In this document: positions 40,601-50,498 of the stretch, one piece after another
Position numbering within the stretch: the first letter of the stretch is position 1
How the letters are laid out: every line of letters starts with the position of its first letter
Origin: Candidatus Obscuribacterales bacterium
Lineage (GTDB): Bacteria > Cyanobacteriota > Vampirovibrionia > Obscuribacterales > Obscuribacteraceae
DNA length: 64,000 nt
Reading direction: 5' to 3'
Assembly: GCA_965228855.1 (NCBI GenBank)
Contig: CBDDIJ010000002.1
Coordinates: 832,001 to 896,000 of the forward strand
The notes under the pieces: model-generated
What the model saw: only the letters and a program-made list of their open reading frames with translations
Told to the model about the DNA's origin: nothing
Databases searched by the model: none
Program-made: the position numbers and the translations under genes

Positions 40601-40879
40601 AGCCGTGCGATTGAGTTGCTGAAAAGTGACAATCCAAGAGGTGTCGCGCAAGGAGTTGAGATGATTGTTCGTTCTCAAACCGCGGATAAGCGAGTGATTG
40701 AACCGTTGCTGGAAGCGGCAAGCAGAAGCGATGAGGCTACGAGTCGGGCTGCACGACAGGCGCTGCTGCGTTTCAACACACAACTGGTCAAGTTCTACGC
40801 GCACGCTCTCAAGTCGCGTGGTGTCGTAATCCCGCCGCAGGTCGCTGCTGTTTATACCAAGCAGCAGCCGCTCCGTTAA
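37673..40879 (+). CDS. large protein: Gly/Ala-rich hydrophobic N-terminus, HEXXH zincin-like domain, HEAT-like C-terminus
   Basis: 1068-aa ORF; TFMNHEFGHV, then YAREYAKKNLDEDGA; helical repeats such as AAELLGYLGD and VIEPLLEAA. Confidence 0.7.
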   Translation: MGSDSGAEHRPELSDYHKSTLNSLTDVFSDRLEQTLGGATIGVARDLVSEAPTQMEALQRAKENDTANLIVADTVAIIPKFNSLTAGVTRATLLVNPHASVADNAGSFTLNMAEGAALNKVGKMMLPGSSVQAALARNVANPLAREIATHLTVGGGFGAVKTGFNPSNWVDESGKFAPGSLATKMVTGTTAGALLNVPAGMVGMRVMHGSMSLLAERQISQRVATTLAGAGSGYTSGALMGGIDAVSHGKSFSETLDEMHFAGKVGMLTGGVLGASDNGKLTSQYRQIVEGVKRANTVSLQEKTVSTVNEQLEPARPIRRQTQEEIILEERAAVQERQGRTSLDKMDFVPRDYRIADITGRLKNPQVQTEALRVLKPGSTKVVFDSFGEFLKHTDPVEVKMRVYEVEGHSARLAIEESLALKMDQTRNDRIALEYMAKREVPYDKLSAGDRRMISLEWSQTKDHEGLLARYMSPEDAKASLTAVKARMHLVQNGGKNGPVAEDFVALMDESPNRSKISRVDILHRKNPEDPWTAQQFNDPTFASAASASRDGRITFYMPEGTRHSIGTLRTFMNHEFGHVAANNTPEESAIYGLAAHVDKDIPNPNYRPETVTTGGADSKLPVNTISGENLSTPLKGGKDQATTKYYAREYAKKNLDEDGAVHMGEEMLHQSSTNLRILGEQAPVRTVVLSKSLMKVMLQAQGRDQSVNADKIWNRIRFVEKEVYPEAIKLLEKRLKTGDPTEQAASAELLGYLGDRERHVPILRRIASDREMLGTVPEGLGLAGKGYVGAAIKSTTPGVQRAASFDFSGKDRTVADVAFDAMLRLNEGTAGDQLKFLANEGLSSSPTRDLALQRLGRVRETVGKDFSQVANASGNREKLPQLLDLMAHSRDENVRSMAFDEAMVLGADSPEFTKSVVAKALEVPGLARKALRYVKPETAIDFEPQLRRLARRRWDGESQEIAEGLLRTMVFESNQSRAIELLKSDNPRGVAQGVEMIVRSQTADKRVIEPLLEAASRSDEATSRAARQALLRFNTQLVKFYAHALKSRGVVIPPQVAAVYTKQQPLR

Positions 40880-40985
40880 CTTATAAACCGTCGCGCGGCG
40901 ATGGAGAATCAGTTTCTGGAATTCAAAAGGGAACGGTTTCGCAGAGGGAAACTGTTTCCGTGATTATGATATTTGCAGCACCTGC

Positions 40986-43049
40986 TCAGGCCGGGTGGAA
41001 CATCTCAAACAATCTGTCCATCGGAAACTTCAATCGAACCGGCCGTCCGTGCGGGCAAGTATCGTTTCTCGGCGTCTTCAACCATGCGGAAACGAGTTTG
41101 ATAATATCGTTGTTCGATAACGTCATCCCGTTCTTAATCGCTGACTGACAGGCGATTGACTTGGTGGCCTCCAGCTCTATATTTGCCGCTTCGACGTCGG
41201 TCAAGTCCTCGATCATCTTTTGAATGATAGTTGGGTAATTCTGGTGCGCCATCTCCAGAGGTACTTGCAAGCAGGATACAGAGCCGTCTTCAGCGAAATC
41301 GAATTCAAAACCCAACTTTTCGATTGCAGTTTGTCCCGCTTTCAAAACATCTACTTGCTGCGTAGTCAGGTTAAGAGGTGCAGATATGCAGAGGCGTTGG
41401 ACGTGTTCAGTTATCCGTCCTGGAATGGCTTGTCCAGCCAAAATTCGCTCGTACAGCATGCGCTCGTGAGCGATGTGTTGTTCGATAATTTCCATCCCTT
41501 CGGGCGTTTCGAACAAGAAATAAGTGTTGTGCAAATATCCGGCCAAACGCCAACCGGCGGGCAGGGAAACGTCAGTGTCGAACGGCATCGCGATTGTGTC
41601 GTCTTCCGTTTGCTGCTGATTTGGCACATAATCCAGCTCTTCTCGGAAGTGGAGTTGCTGAACCGATTTGGGTGAATAGTTTGTGTTGTATGGCTCCGCA
41701 TGCTCGTTCAGCAGGGAAGATGAATCGCCGTTTTGAACGGGTGCGAAATTTGTTTGATCACGGTGACCGTAAGGTTCGAGAGGAGCGATATCTGAATCAT
41801 CCCCCCTGCTGTACATCTTCAGAGATTGAATGACGGCCTCAGCCATCTGCCTGCTGCTGCCGGGTGGAATCTGGATGGCACCATGTTCTTCGACCGTGAA
41901 GTTGCGCGCGGTAGCGGCGGGGGACTGTTTCAACTCAAATGCAGGACGCATCGAGCGGCTCGAGTCTTCGGCGAAGAACGTTGAACTGGTCGCCGGTTCT
42001 TCCCGTTGCGATTCGTCTTGCTGATCGGGTCTGTGGAGCAACGACTCCATCATCTCTCTTCTGGGCTGCCGGAGCGCATCTCCGATGGCTCGATGCAACG
42101 CCATATAGATCGCGTTGCTGTCGGTATATTTGATCTCTTTTTTTGTCGGATGGATGTTGACGTCGATGTGCTCCGGATTTATCTCGATGTTGATCACCGC
42201 GAACGGATTTCTGCCTCTCGGAATTAAATCTGAATACGCGTATTCGAGAGCTTTATAGGTAAGTGGGCAGCGCACAGGGCGCTGATTTACGACGCTCAGA
42301 ATTCCTTTTTTGTCGCCGCGAAAATGATTTGGTCTTGCAACAATTCCAGTGATTGTTAAACCGAATCGTTCATCCGAGCCTGTTACGCTGCAAACGCCTT
42401 CTTGTCCGGAAAACAGTTTCGCCTCTCTGGCAGCCGTGGCGGTATCGCCCGTGCCACTAGTCTTAAAGGCAACCGTATCGCCGCGGCGCATCTCAAAAAC
42501 AATGTGCGGGTGCGCTACAGCCAGGCTTTGAACGATCTCCTGCGAGTGACCGAATTCGGTTGCGGCCTTCTTCAAGAACTTCAACCGAGCAGGCACGTTA
42601 TAGAAAAGTTCTTTGATCTCCATTACCGTGCCCTGTGCACAGCCGGTTTCCGTCGCTATGACCTCACCTTCTTTGACTTCGACCCGTGTACCCGTAGCCG
42701 CTTCCTTCGTGCGTGTATAGCAGGTGAATTTTGAAATCGACGCGATGCTTGGGAGCGCTTCACCGCGAAACCCCAGGGTTGCGAGCGTTGTAAGGTCGTC
42801 TGCTGAGCGTAGCTTTGATGTGGCGTGTCGCTGAAAAGCCAGGACGGCGTCTTCCGGATCCATGCCGAAGCCGTTGTCGGCGACACGGATATCGCGCATG
42901 TCGTGACTGACAGAAACTGAGATGTGTGTGGCGCCTGCGTCGATCGAGTTCTCGACGAGCTCCTTAATTACTGACGAAGGACGCTCTACAACTTCTCCCG
43001 CTGCGATTTGACTGGCGATATGATCTGGCAATACGGCTACTTTCGGCAT
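40986..43049 (-). CDS. mutL: DNA mismatch repair protein MutL
   Basis: QIAAGEVVERPSSVIKELVENSIDAGA, GFRGEALPSI, DVNIHPTK, EQHIAHER endonuclease motif, CPHGRP. Confidence 0.98.
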   Translation of the reverse strand: MPKVAVLPDHIASQIAAGEVVERPSSVIKELVENSIDAGATHISVSVSHDMRDIRVADNGFGMDPEDAVLAFQRHATSKLRSADDLTTLATLGFRGEALPSIASISKFTCYTRTKEAATGTRVEVKEGEVIATETGCAQGTVMEIKELFYNVPARLKFLKKAATEFGHSQEIVQSLAVAHPHIVFEMRRGDTVAFKTSGTGDTATAAREAKLFSGQEGVCSVTGSDERFGLTITGIVARPNHFRGDKKGILSVVNQRPVRCPLTYKALEYAYSDLIPRGRNPFAVINIEINPEHIDVNIHPTKKEIKYTDSNAIYMALHRAIGDALRQPRREMMESLLHRPDQQDESQREEPATSSTFFAEDSSRSMRPAFELKQSPAATARNFTVEEHGAIQIPPGSSRQMAEAVIQSLKMYSRGDDSDIAPLEPYGHRDQTNFAPVQNGDSSSLLNEHAEPYNTNYSPKSVQQLHFREELDYVPNQQQTEDDTIAMPFDTDVSLPAGWRLAGYLHNTYFLFETPEGMEIIEQHIAHERMLYERILAGQAIPGRITEHVQRLCISAPLNLTTQQVDVLKAGQTAIEKLGFEFDFAEDGSVSCLQVPLEMAHQNYPTIIQKMIEDLTDVEAANIELEATKSIACQSAIKNGMTLSNNDIIKLVSAWLKTPRNDTCPHGRPVRLKFPMDRLFEMFHPA

Positions 43050-43224
43050 GGCATTATGTCCCGCTTAACGAGTGATGTCCGGTCAATTCAGAGGTTGCGC
43101 GCGGCGCACCATAAATTGATTCTATGAAGAAAGCAATCGTATCATTACTCTTTATATGTGATCCTGAGAGCAGTCCTACTGAGATCCGCTCAATGCGCCA
43201 AGATATGATTAAGTGAGAAACATA

Positions 43225-43986
43225 TCAAATCCGATTGGATATACTCGCAATCTGATTGAATAAACCGTTGATATCGTCGGCGATACCATCGACAAGTGCT
43301 CTAACGATCGCCTCGCCTTTCTCGCGAGTCGCCAGAGTGGGGTCTCCCCATGCTCCTGTCGGTGAATGAACTGCATCCGGACGGGATTCACGCGAGAGCG
43401 GACCGGGTCCGTCCCCGGTGAAATCGCGGGAAGCTTTCGCCATCCGTACAACTTCCGGCGCGATGAACAGCATCATGGACGTCTCAATTTCATCGGCATG
43501 AGTGCCGCCTGTCTGTTCTTCCAGATCGCTGCGAATTGTTTTCAATGCGATCCGCAGATCGGTGTATGCGACATTTACATTATCCGAATGAAGCGCATCA
43601 GCTGCCAGTTGCAGCGGTTCGATAGTAGATATGCCGGTATTCAAAAAATAGAAGTAACGTGGTCCGAACCTCGCGAATGATCGCACAATCTCAGTAAACA
43701 TGCGGCTTGCCGTTTCGCAAGAAAGTGAAACCGTTCCTGGATATTCGGCCATCGCCGGATAGTAACTGTAGTTGATCGTCGGCGCAACGACTACTGGCAG
43801 CCGTTTCACGATTGCGTTTCTTAAATAGTCCGCTATCAAAAAGTCGTTGTTTAGCGGCAAGTGGTGCCCGTGCTGCTTCGCCTGAGCGCCGATGGGAATT
43901 ACGATCACTGACCTTTCCGTCAGGACTGTTTCCGCGTCTTTCCAACTTAGATGTTCAAGAAAGTAACCTTGTGCTGTGTCTGCCAT
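43225..43986 (-). CDS. creatininase family protein
   Basis: IPIGAQAKQHGHHLPLNND, YPGTVSL, HADEIETSMML, GAWGDPTLATREKG. Confidence 0.92.
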   Translation of the reverse strand: MADTAQGYFLEHLSWKDAETVLTERSVIVIPIGAQAKQHGHHLPLNNDFLIADYLRNAIVKRLPVVVAPTINYSYYPAMAEYPGTVSLSCETASRMFTEIVRSFARFGPRYFYFLNTGISTIEPLQLAADALHSDNVNVAYTDLRIALKTIRSDLEEQTGGTHADEIETSMMLFIAPEVVRMAKASRDFTGDGPGPLSRESRPDAVHSPTGAWGDPTLATREKGEAIVRALVDGIADDINGLFNQIASISNRI

Positions 43987-44398
43987 ATCAAAAGTGCTAA
44001 TCGCGTCCAGATTTAGTGGGTTCGGGAATCCAAAAGGGGCGTCCGTTTTAGTCGCATCCAGTGCTGCTTTATAGCATGTCGACCTCGCGCTAAGCTTACG
44101 CCAGTTTAAACGGAAAATAACTACGCTTTGTTTCCGGGCTTCCAGCCAGGCTAGGTTCGGCGGCAGCGCGCTGTTTAAGCTCAGGCGTTCTTATCGCAAC
44201 CACCTCCGAGTTCAGCCAACCAGCCAACAATAGATTCAGGGCTAAACACATCCACGATTAAACGGCGTCAAATGGCGTCGGTGGGTCGGTCGGTTGGTTG
44301 CGGGTGTTTAAGAACGGGCAGGAGTGCTTGCCTCCAAAACGCACTCCCGGGCATCATCTGCTCCGGACCAAACTAAGGAACGACAGGAACACACACGA

Positions 44399-45868
44399 AT
44401 GAAATACTTCGGACTGAAGGGCCTCGGACTTTCCATCGCTGCCTTCGCCGCGCTCGTCGGCGTCACGACCACGTCTGCTCCGGCGCTGGCGGATGAACAA
44501 TTCGCCGTCACCCAGGCCGCCAGCTCGGTCGATGTAACCGTCTACGGCGAGGGCTTCGGACAGGTCGAAGAGCAGCGCCAGGTCCGGCTCTCTGCCGGCA
44601 AGAATCGCATTCAGCTCAACGGCATCGCAGCCCAGTACCGGCAGGACAGCCTGAGCATTATCAGCACTGCTGGTCCGGGCGAGTTCAGGTTCAAGTCTGC
44701 CACCTATCAACCGGCGAACCTCACTGCCGAACGAGTCCTCGAACTCTCGGTCGGCAGGCAGGTGACCGCCACGGTCGGGACCGGCGCTTCCGCGCGTCAG
44801 GTGACCGGCACGCTCGCGAGTGTGCGCGGTGGTCAGGTGATTATCACCGCAGGTGATACCACGCATATCGCTTCGACCGGAGACATTCAGGTCGGCAAGC
44901 TCGCCGAAGGGCTCTCCAACAGTGCCTCTCTGGTCATTGAAGCGGAGGTCACCAGCGCCGGCACCTACACGCTCAACTATTTGTATGAGACGGACGGACT
45001 TGGTTGGAACGCCAAGCACACGCTTGTCTACAACGAGGAGAAGCAGGCGCTCGAGAGCTTCCGTACAACCGTGAACGTGGTCAATGCCTCCGGCACTTCG
45101 TTCGAGAACGCCAATCTCTGGTTGTTGTCAGGCTCCGTGCGACCGGCGCCTGGTGGTGTGCGCCTGCGGGCCGCTGCCGCCGAATACGCCGCCGCGCCCA
45201 AGTTTGCTGATATCGCGTCAGTCGAGTCTGTCGGAGAGCGCAAGGTCTTCCGCATCCCTGGGAAGGTCACGATCGGTGATGGGCAGAGCCGTCAGCTGCC
45301 GCTCTTCAGCGGTGCCAACGTCACGGTCGAGCACGAGTACTATGTGCCTGCTCCGCAGTATTACGGCGTACCCAGCAATGGATTCAGCCCTGTTAGCGCG
45401 CGCTTGAAGCTCAAGAACTGCTCCGAGCATAACCTTGGCACTCCGCTGCCCGGCGGCTCCGTGAAGGTTCTGCAGCGTAACTCCGAGGGCAAGCTCCAGC
45501 TCACGGCGAATGCGACTATTCGCGAAGTGGCCAAGGACGAACAGTTCGATATCAGCATCGGCACAAGCAGCGATGTGAAGTTCGAGCGTGTTCTGACGAG
45601 GGCTAACGCGGTGGCTGCGAACCCCAACCTCCGCATCCGCCCCAATCAGCAGGTGCCGGAGTATCAGGATCAGGAATTCGAGGTCAAGGTGCACAACTTC
45701 AAGGATAAGAAGGCTGTCGACGTTCTCGTCGAGGTGACCGTGCCTGCCGAGCAGAACAACCTCGCGCCCTTGACGCGGCGGAATGCGACCACCGCGACCG
45801 GAACGGTCCACGTCGAGCCCGGTCAGGATGCCACTCTCAACTACACGCTGCGCATTCGCACGAACTAA
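44399..45868 (+). CDS. secreted DUF4139-domain protein
   Basis: Signal peptide; VTVYGEGFGQVEEQR, NASGTSFENANLWLLSG, LGTPLPGGSVKV. Confidence 0.85.
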   Translation: MKYFGLKGLGLSIAAFAALVGVTTTSAPALADEQFAVTQAASSVDVTVYGEGFGQVEEQRQVRLSAGKNRIQLNGIAAQYRQDSLSIISTAGPGEFRFKSATYQPANLTAERVLELSVGRQVTATVGTGASARQVTGTLASVRGGQVIITAGDTTHIASTGDIQVGKLAEGLSNSASLVIEAEVTSAGTYTLNYLYETDGLGWNAKHTLVYNEEKQALESFRTTVNVVNASGTSFENANLWLLSGSVRPAPGGVRLRAAAAEYAAAPKFADIASVESVGERKVFRIPGKVTIGDGQSRQLPLFSGANVTVEHEYYVPAPQYYGVPSNGFSPVSARLKLKNCSEHNLGTPLPGGSVKVLQRNSEGKLQLTANATIREVAKDEQFDISIGTSSDVKFERVLTRANAVAANPNLRIRPNQQVPEYQDQEFEVKVHNFKDKKAVDVLVEVTVPAEQNNLAPLTRRNATTATGTVHVEPGQDATLNYTLRIRTN

Positions 45869-46282
45869 GGTTTCGTTCTCGCACGCGGCAGTGGTGTAGC
45901 CGCAACGTTCAAAAGGAGACTCTTCTCGAGAACCTGCGCAATAACAGTTCGCTGTAAACGAACGCGATCGCTCGGCTAGTGCGGGAGTAGGAAGAGAAGT
46001 CGATCGTGTTTCGAGAGCGACCGTCGGGAAGGGCTGTAGCTTTTCCCGGCGGTTTTCTCCTTTCAGCTTCTTCGTCTAGTTTCTCCTTCTTCTTCTCTTT
46101 CGCTCATGAAACGCATCTACTATAAGATAGCGGAGAGATGCTCAAAGGCGAAAGCACGACTGATGTGTCGTGCTTTCTGACCTCAGGTCAAGACAATCTC
46201 GCGACTGCGGAACGTTCCACTAGTCACCGGATACGGTGGCAGTAATCGGTGGACTCGCGGACGCGTTCGAGCGTGGCGCGCT

Positions 46283-46588
46283 TCACTGTTTCGGTGAAGC
46301 GGCGGCGGGTTTGCGAATCGGGTTCGGTAGCTGCCAGTCGGTGAAGAACTCGCACGGCTCCTCGAGCGGAGCTTCGTCAGTGAACGCGTCGGGTGGAGTG
46401 GTATCAGTGAAAGCGGTGAGCGGCGCGGTGTCAGTGAATGCACCCAGCGGAGCGACTTCCGTGAAAGCGTCGAGCACGGGAACGGGTTTGCCTGCGGCGG
46501 AGACGTTTTCCGCGGACGAGTTGCCGGTGCCGTCGCGGTGAGCGAGAAGCTTGTTAGCGGGCTTGAGGTCTTTGGTCGGATTTTGCAT
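46283..46588 (-). CDS. 101-aa peptide with tandem AFT[DE] nonapeptide repeats
   Basis: AGGAGA RBS before ATG 46588; DAFTEVAPL GAFTDTAPL TAFTDTTPP DAFTDEAPL. Confidence 0.6.
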   Translation of the reverse strand: MQNPTKDLKPANKLLAHRDGTGNSSAENVSAAGKPVPVLDAFTEVAPLGAFTDTAPLTAFTDTTPPDAFTDEAPLEEPCEFFTDWQLPNPIRKPAAASPKQ

Positions 46589-47326
46589 TCGTTCTCCTGT
46601 TGAGGCAGGGCTGTGCCAGCCCCGCTGAAATTTCGGGTTCTTGTGGACAACGGCGACTTCCACGTCTCTTCGATGGTGGTGCCGCTCGTACTACATTCTC
46701 CTGCGAAACCACTGCGCCATTCGCAACATGTAAGTGCCTGAACTCTGGAGAGCCCATGCGCGCGACTGAGATTTACTGCTGCTGAGTGGTTTGAGGTGGT
46801 TCGGTTTCCAGAGAAGAGATGTGGGAAAGCATGACAACAATAGATGAATCGACCGCTGTTGTTTCAACGACCAGGTTTCGAATCGCTCGATTTTGTTTGA
46901 TTTTGAAACAGACTGCTGTTCTATTGAAATTGAAAAATATCGAAAGAAGCACTTGTGCTAGGCGGTTAGATTGAAAATGAATCTACGAAGCGGTGCCTTG
47001 TATCGCTGGCCAGGAGCGGCGTTGCTTTTGTCTAGCCGCTCAGCGCCGCCAGTTTTTATTGCCAATATATCATCTTTAGCTTTTGAGTTTTGTTGAAGGT
47101 ATAACTCTCATTCCCGTAAGTTGAATTGATTTTGCGAACACGAAAACCAGGTTCCAAGCGAGTCGACGCCGTAGCCAGAACTCACCTTCCTAGCTCTTTG
47201 GATAAAACCAAGATGAACACCCTGTGTTCAAAGGGAAGGCTGTCGGCTGGCAAACCGATTCGTTTTCGCATTCTCATTCACTCAAAAGCATTGAAAACAT
47301 GCCCTTTTAACGAGAGGAAGTCTCCA

Positions 47327-48580
47327 ATGAGACCCACTAGTCTGGTTTTGATGGTATCGCTGCTGGTGCTCGCCGGGTGCGGCGAGAAGTCCAGGGACAT
47401 TTCGCAGGCTGATTACCCCGTCTACCACAAGACGAAGGTGGAGCTTGCCAATGACAGGGACGGCGGCGGCGGTCGCGTTCGTTTTCTTATCTACAGTGAA
47501 GATCAGAGCAAGTTGATCGGCGCGGAGAACCAATACGGCGACGGTGTCACCGAGTATGAGCAATACAGGGATGACGGAACCCTGCGCGAGATCAACGGTT
47601 TCTACCCACTCGCCGAAAAGGCGAAGGTGCGCAAGCCGAAGCGCACTGTGCTTTTCGACAAGAATGGAAAGACCGTTCTATTCGAGCGAAGCATGCGTCC
47701 GGACGGCACGACGGAGATGACTAAGCACAGCCGCGCCGATGGCGGTTTTGAAACCGAAACATTCTATGCCGACGGCAAGACGACCAGGGTGCGCAAGATC
47801 GTGACCGGAAGAGGCGAGGTAAGTCTCGAGGAGACCTTCCGTCAGAACGGTAGGGTCGAGACGCAGACTCGCAAGGTCGGATACAACGATACTGAAGTCA
47901 CCGAGTATCGGGACAACGGTACTCGTCTGTCCGTCACCACTAGCGGTGGCAATCGCTGGTCGCCTGTAGAGAAAGTCGTGTTTGATTCGAGCGGTTTGAT
48001 GGTCGAACAGAAGGTGCGTTACACCTCATACTCGGTAGAGGTCGAGTATCGTCGCCCGGACGGTACGCTTGCCGAAAAGCGGAGCTACTCGAGCTACAAC
48101 GGCGTGACTGTCACCACTTATGGTGATGACGGTAAGCCGCGCTACCGTCAGGAATGGCGTGGAAACCGCTCCGGCAATGACTGGACGGATATGTCCAACC
48201 TGAAGATCACGGAGATTGAGGAGTTGAAACCGGATGGAACGGTTTCTCGCGAGATCAATCTCCATGATGACGGCAAGACGGTGAAGCGGACATGGGAGCG
48301 GGATGGGGCGAATTATTCCTCTGGCAAGTATCGCTACTTTCGCCCGGATGGCACTCTGGAGCGCGAGGAGGTGAAGGAGGATTCGGACAAGATCAAAGAG
48401 AGTAAGGAATTCAAACCGGAAGACGATGTCCGGGAGGCGCTGCCGGAGGAGTATTTGAAGCTATCTCCGAGGTCGCATCCGAAGATGCTTTCCGTGATGC
48501 CCGAAGAGGAGCCGTACAACCCGTATGGTGAAGGGTATCCTTACGGAGAGGAGTATCCGTTCGGGCCTAACCATCCTTGA
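47327..48580 (+). CDS. lipoprotein with YwqK/MORN-like beta repeats
   Basis: GAGG RBS; lipobox LAGC; repeats YRDDGTL, YADGKT, YRRPDGTL, YFRPDGTL. Confidence 0.8.
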   Translation: MRPTSLVLMVSLLVLAGCGEKSRDISQADYPVYHKTKVELANDRDGGGGRVRFLIYSEDQSKLIGAENQYGDGVTEYEQYRDDGTLREINGFYPLAEKAKVRKPKRTVLFDKNGKTVLFERSMRPDGTTEMTKHSRADGGFETETFYADGKTTRVRKIVTGRGEVSLEETFRQNGRVETQTRKVGYNDTEVTEYRDNGTRLSVTTSGGNRWSPVEKVVFDSSGLMVEQKVRYTSYSVEVEYRRPDGTLAEKRSYSSYNGVTVTTYGDDGKPRYRQEWRGNRSGNDWTDMSNLKITEIEELKPDGTVSREINLHDDGKTVKRTWERDGANYSSGKYRYFRPDGTLEREEVKEDSDKIKESKEFKPEDDVREALPEEYLKLSPRSHPKMLSVMPEEEPYNPYGEGYPYGEEYPFGPNHP

Positions 48581-49024
48581 AGTGAGGCGTAAGCGGTTTC
48601 ACCGACTGTAAATTCGGTCTTGGAACCGGTCGCCGTGGCGCGCATGAGGCGGGTGGAATTGCGTCCACCTGCCTCGTGCTAGCTACGGTTCGCTTCTCAT
48701 CCGTGTAGAGCGATTTACGGTGTTGTGTTCTGTATGCGAGTCACTGCTTTCGGAGACGTTTTCCGTAGAAACTATGGAGACATTTCTTTTGTTGAACGGG
48801 GTACTACGCAGTGTCGTAACGTCATCGAAATGATTACTGTTGAGAAAAACAGCTCGGATATAACCACTGGAAAACGGCTGCGGCCAATGGGCGACGAAAG
48901 GACATTGCGGACGAGATGGGAGTGGAGACCGCTTTGATTCGGTCCACCACTCCCTCTCGTATCAACGTTTTGTCGCTGTTAGACGACTAGTGGTGCGGGT
49001 TGAACAACGCCGGCGCGTGGCCGA

Positions 49025-49471
49025 TTAACCGTTGTCCGCGTCGCTGGCGGGTGGAAGGTCGGTCGCAGGCGGCAGCGCCTTGACGTCGGGTTCCGGCGTC
49101 TTGTGCTGTTCCGCTTCCCGGCGCGCGGCTTCCTCTTTCGCCTTCTTCTCGGCGAGTTCGATCAGTTCCTTGAGGACGTCGTCGGCGGCTTTGCTGACAC
49201 CGTCGATGTCGCCCTTGTCGAGCGCAGCCTTCGCTGCGGTGTGAGCGGCTTCGACGCGAGCGATAAGCGCGGCAAGTTCAGTATCCGGGTTTTCCGGATC
49301 TTGCTTCGCCTGCTTGGCGCGCAGCTCCGTGAGACCCTGTTCGAGACCCTTGACCTTGACCCAGGCGACGCCGCGACGGAGCTTGGGCTTGAGCCACAGG
49401 CGCCAGGCAAGGTACGGGGTGATGACGAAGACTGCAAACAGGACGATGAGGACTGTGACTACGGTAGGCAT
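49025..49471 (-). CDS. membrane-anchored helical protein
   Basis: N-terminal TM then coiled-coil helices. Confidence 0.7.
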   Translation of the reverse strand: MPTVVTVLIVLFAVFVITPYLAWRLWLKPKLRRGVAWVKVKGLEQGLTELRAKQAKQDPENPDTELAALIARVEAAHTAAKAALDKGDIDGVSKAADDVLKELIELAEKKAKEEAARREAEQHKTPEPDVKALPPATDLPPASDADNG

Positions 49472-49575
49472 AATTTTTCAAATCTCTCTTACAGTTTATG
49501 ACGCTCGTGTGCCAGTGGCAAGCGAGCAGCGATACGGTTCAAGCCGGTCGAGGGAAGCCGGCTTGACCTGTGAAG

Positions 49576-50007
49576 CTATGGTGCAAAGCGCGAAGGTGAT
49601 TCGTTGATGCGGTCTGAGGCGAGGCTGTGCACCGCCGGAACCGGCCTGAACCACGGAACTGTTCCGGGCGACTGGATGGTGCTGCGACCTTCTTCTTCGG
49701 TACGCTCAGCGATTTGCCGAGCGCGTTCAGCAGCATCTCTGGCGGTCCGGACGTCTGAGTGGGCTCTCTCGACAGAGTCGGTGAGAGCGTTGAGGGTGGC
49801 CGGATCGACCTCCAGGTCCTCTGCGATCGCTCGCTGAAGCTCGAGACCTTCGGCTCGCTCTTCGGCAATTGCAGTGAGGTTGTCGGTGCTGCGTTCATCG
49901 TTGAGGCTGACGTCTTTGAAAACAGACTTCGCCAGCCAGATCGCACCCAGCGTTAGCAGACCCAGTGCGGGAATGGCGGTGTAGGCTAGGTTCGACAGGT
50001 TGTCCAT
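49576..50007 (-). CDS. membrane-anchored coiled-coil protein
   Basis: GAGG RBS; N-terminal TM then acidic coiled coil. Confidence 0.65.
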   Translation of the reverse strand: MDNLSNLAYTAIPALGLLTLGAIWLAKSVFKDVSLNDERSTDNLTAIAEERAEGLELQRAIAEDLEVDPATLNALTDSVERAHSDVRTARDAAERARQIAERTEEEGRSTIQSPGTVPWFRPVPAVHSLASDRINESPSRFAP

Positions 50008-50498
50008 GTTTTTTTCCTCGGACTAAGGTGTGTGTGGCCCTGTTCGCCTGGAGTCTCAGTGAGGCTCTAAAGCAGGCGTCGCTTGTGGGGAAAAGGGTTA
50101 GGTGTTGTTGAGTTTCAGGGCGTTGATGACAAGCGAGTGATGCAGGAAGTCTAGGTGTCTGGCTGCGGTATTTGCTGGATTCTCAAAGTCCTTGTAACGG
50201 GCGGAGCCTGAAATTGATTCTCATGTTGACATCAAAGAGTGGCGCGGCTGCGCCATAGTCCGGAAGTGTTGCCGTCGACTTGTGGACGTCAAGGGGTGGC
50301 GCGAAGGTTGCTTGAACACGTGCGTGGTTCAACAGCCGCTGTTTAGGATGTTTGAGAGGGCGAAACTGTTTCGTATTGCCAAGTGCTCGCGCTAGCCTTC
50401 GTGGGGCTTCGCTTGAATTCACCAAACATGCACAAATCGAAACTAATCTGCAGGAACACTTAATGCGCTGCCCTCCCGCTCCAAAGGCACTAATTACT

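Noticed and set aside
46117..46126. Orphan CTACTATAAG (also ATACTATATG near 7755)
   Set aside because: No family palindrome lies at the expected distance, so these are not counted as element copies; they may be remnants.
47240..47262. GGCAAACC as part of a c-di-GMP-I riboswitch
   Set aside because: The following GNRA-capped stem and GCAAAGC element are absent.
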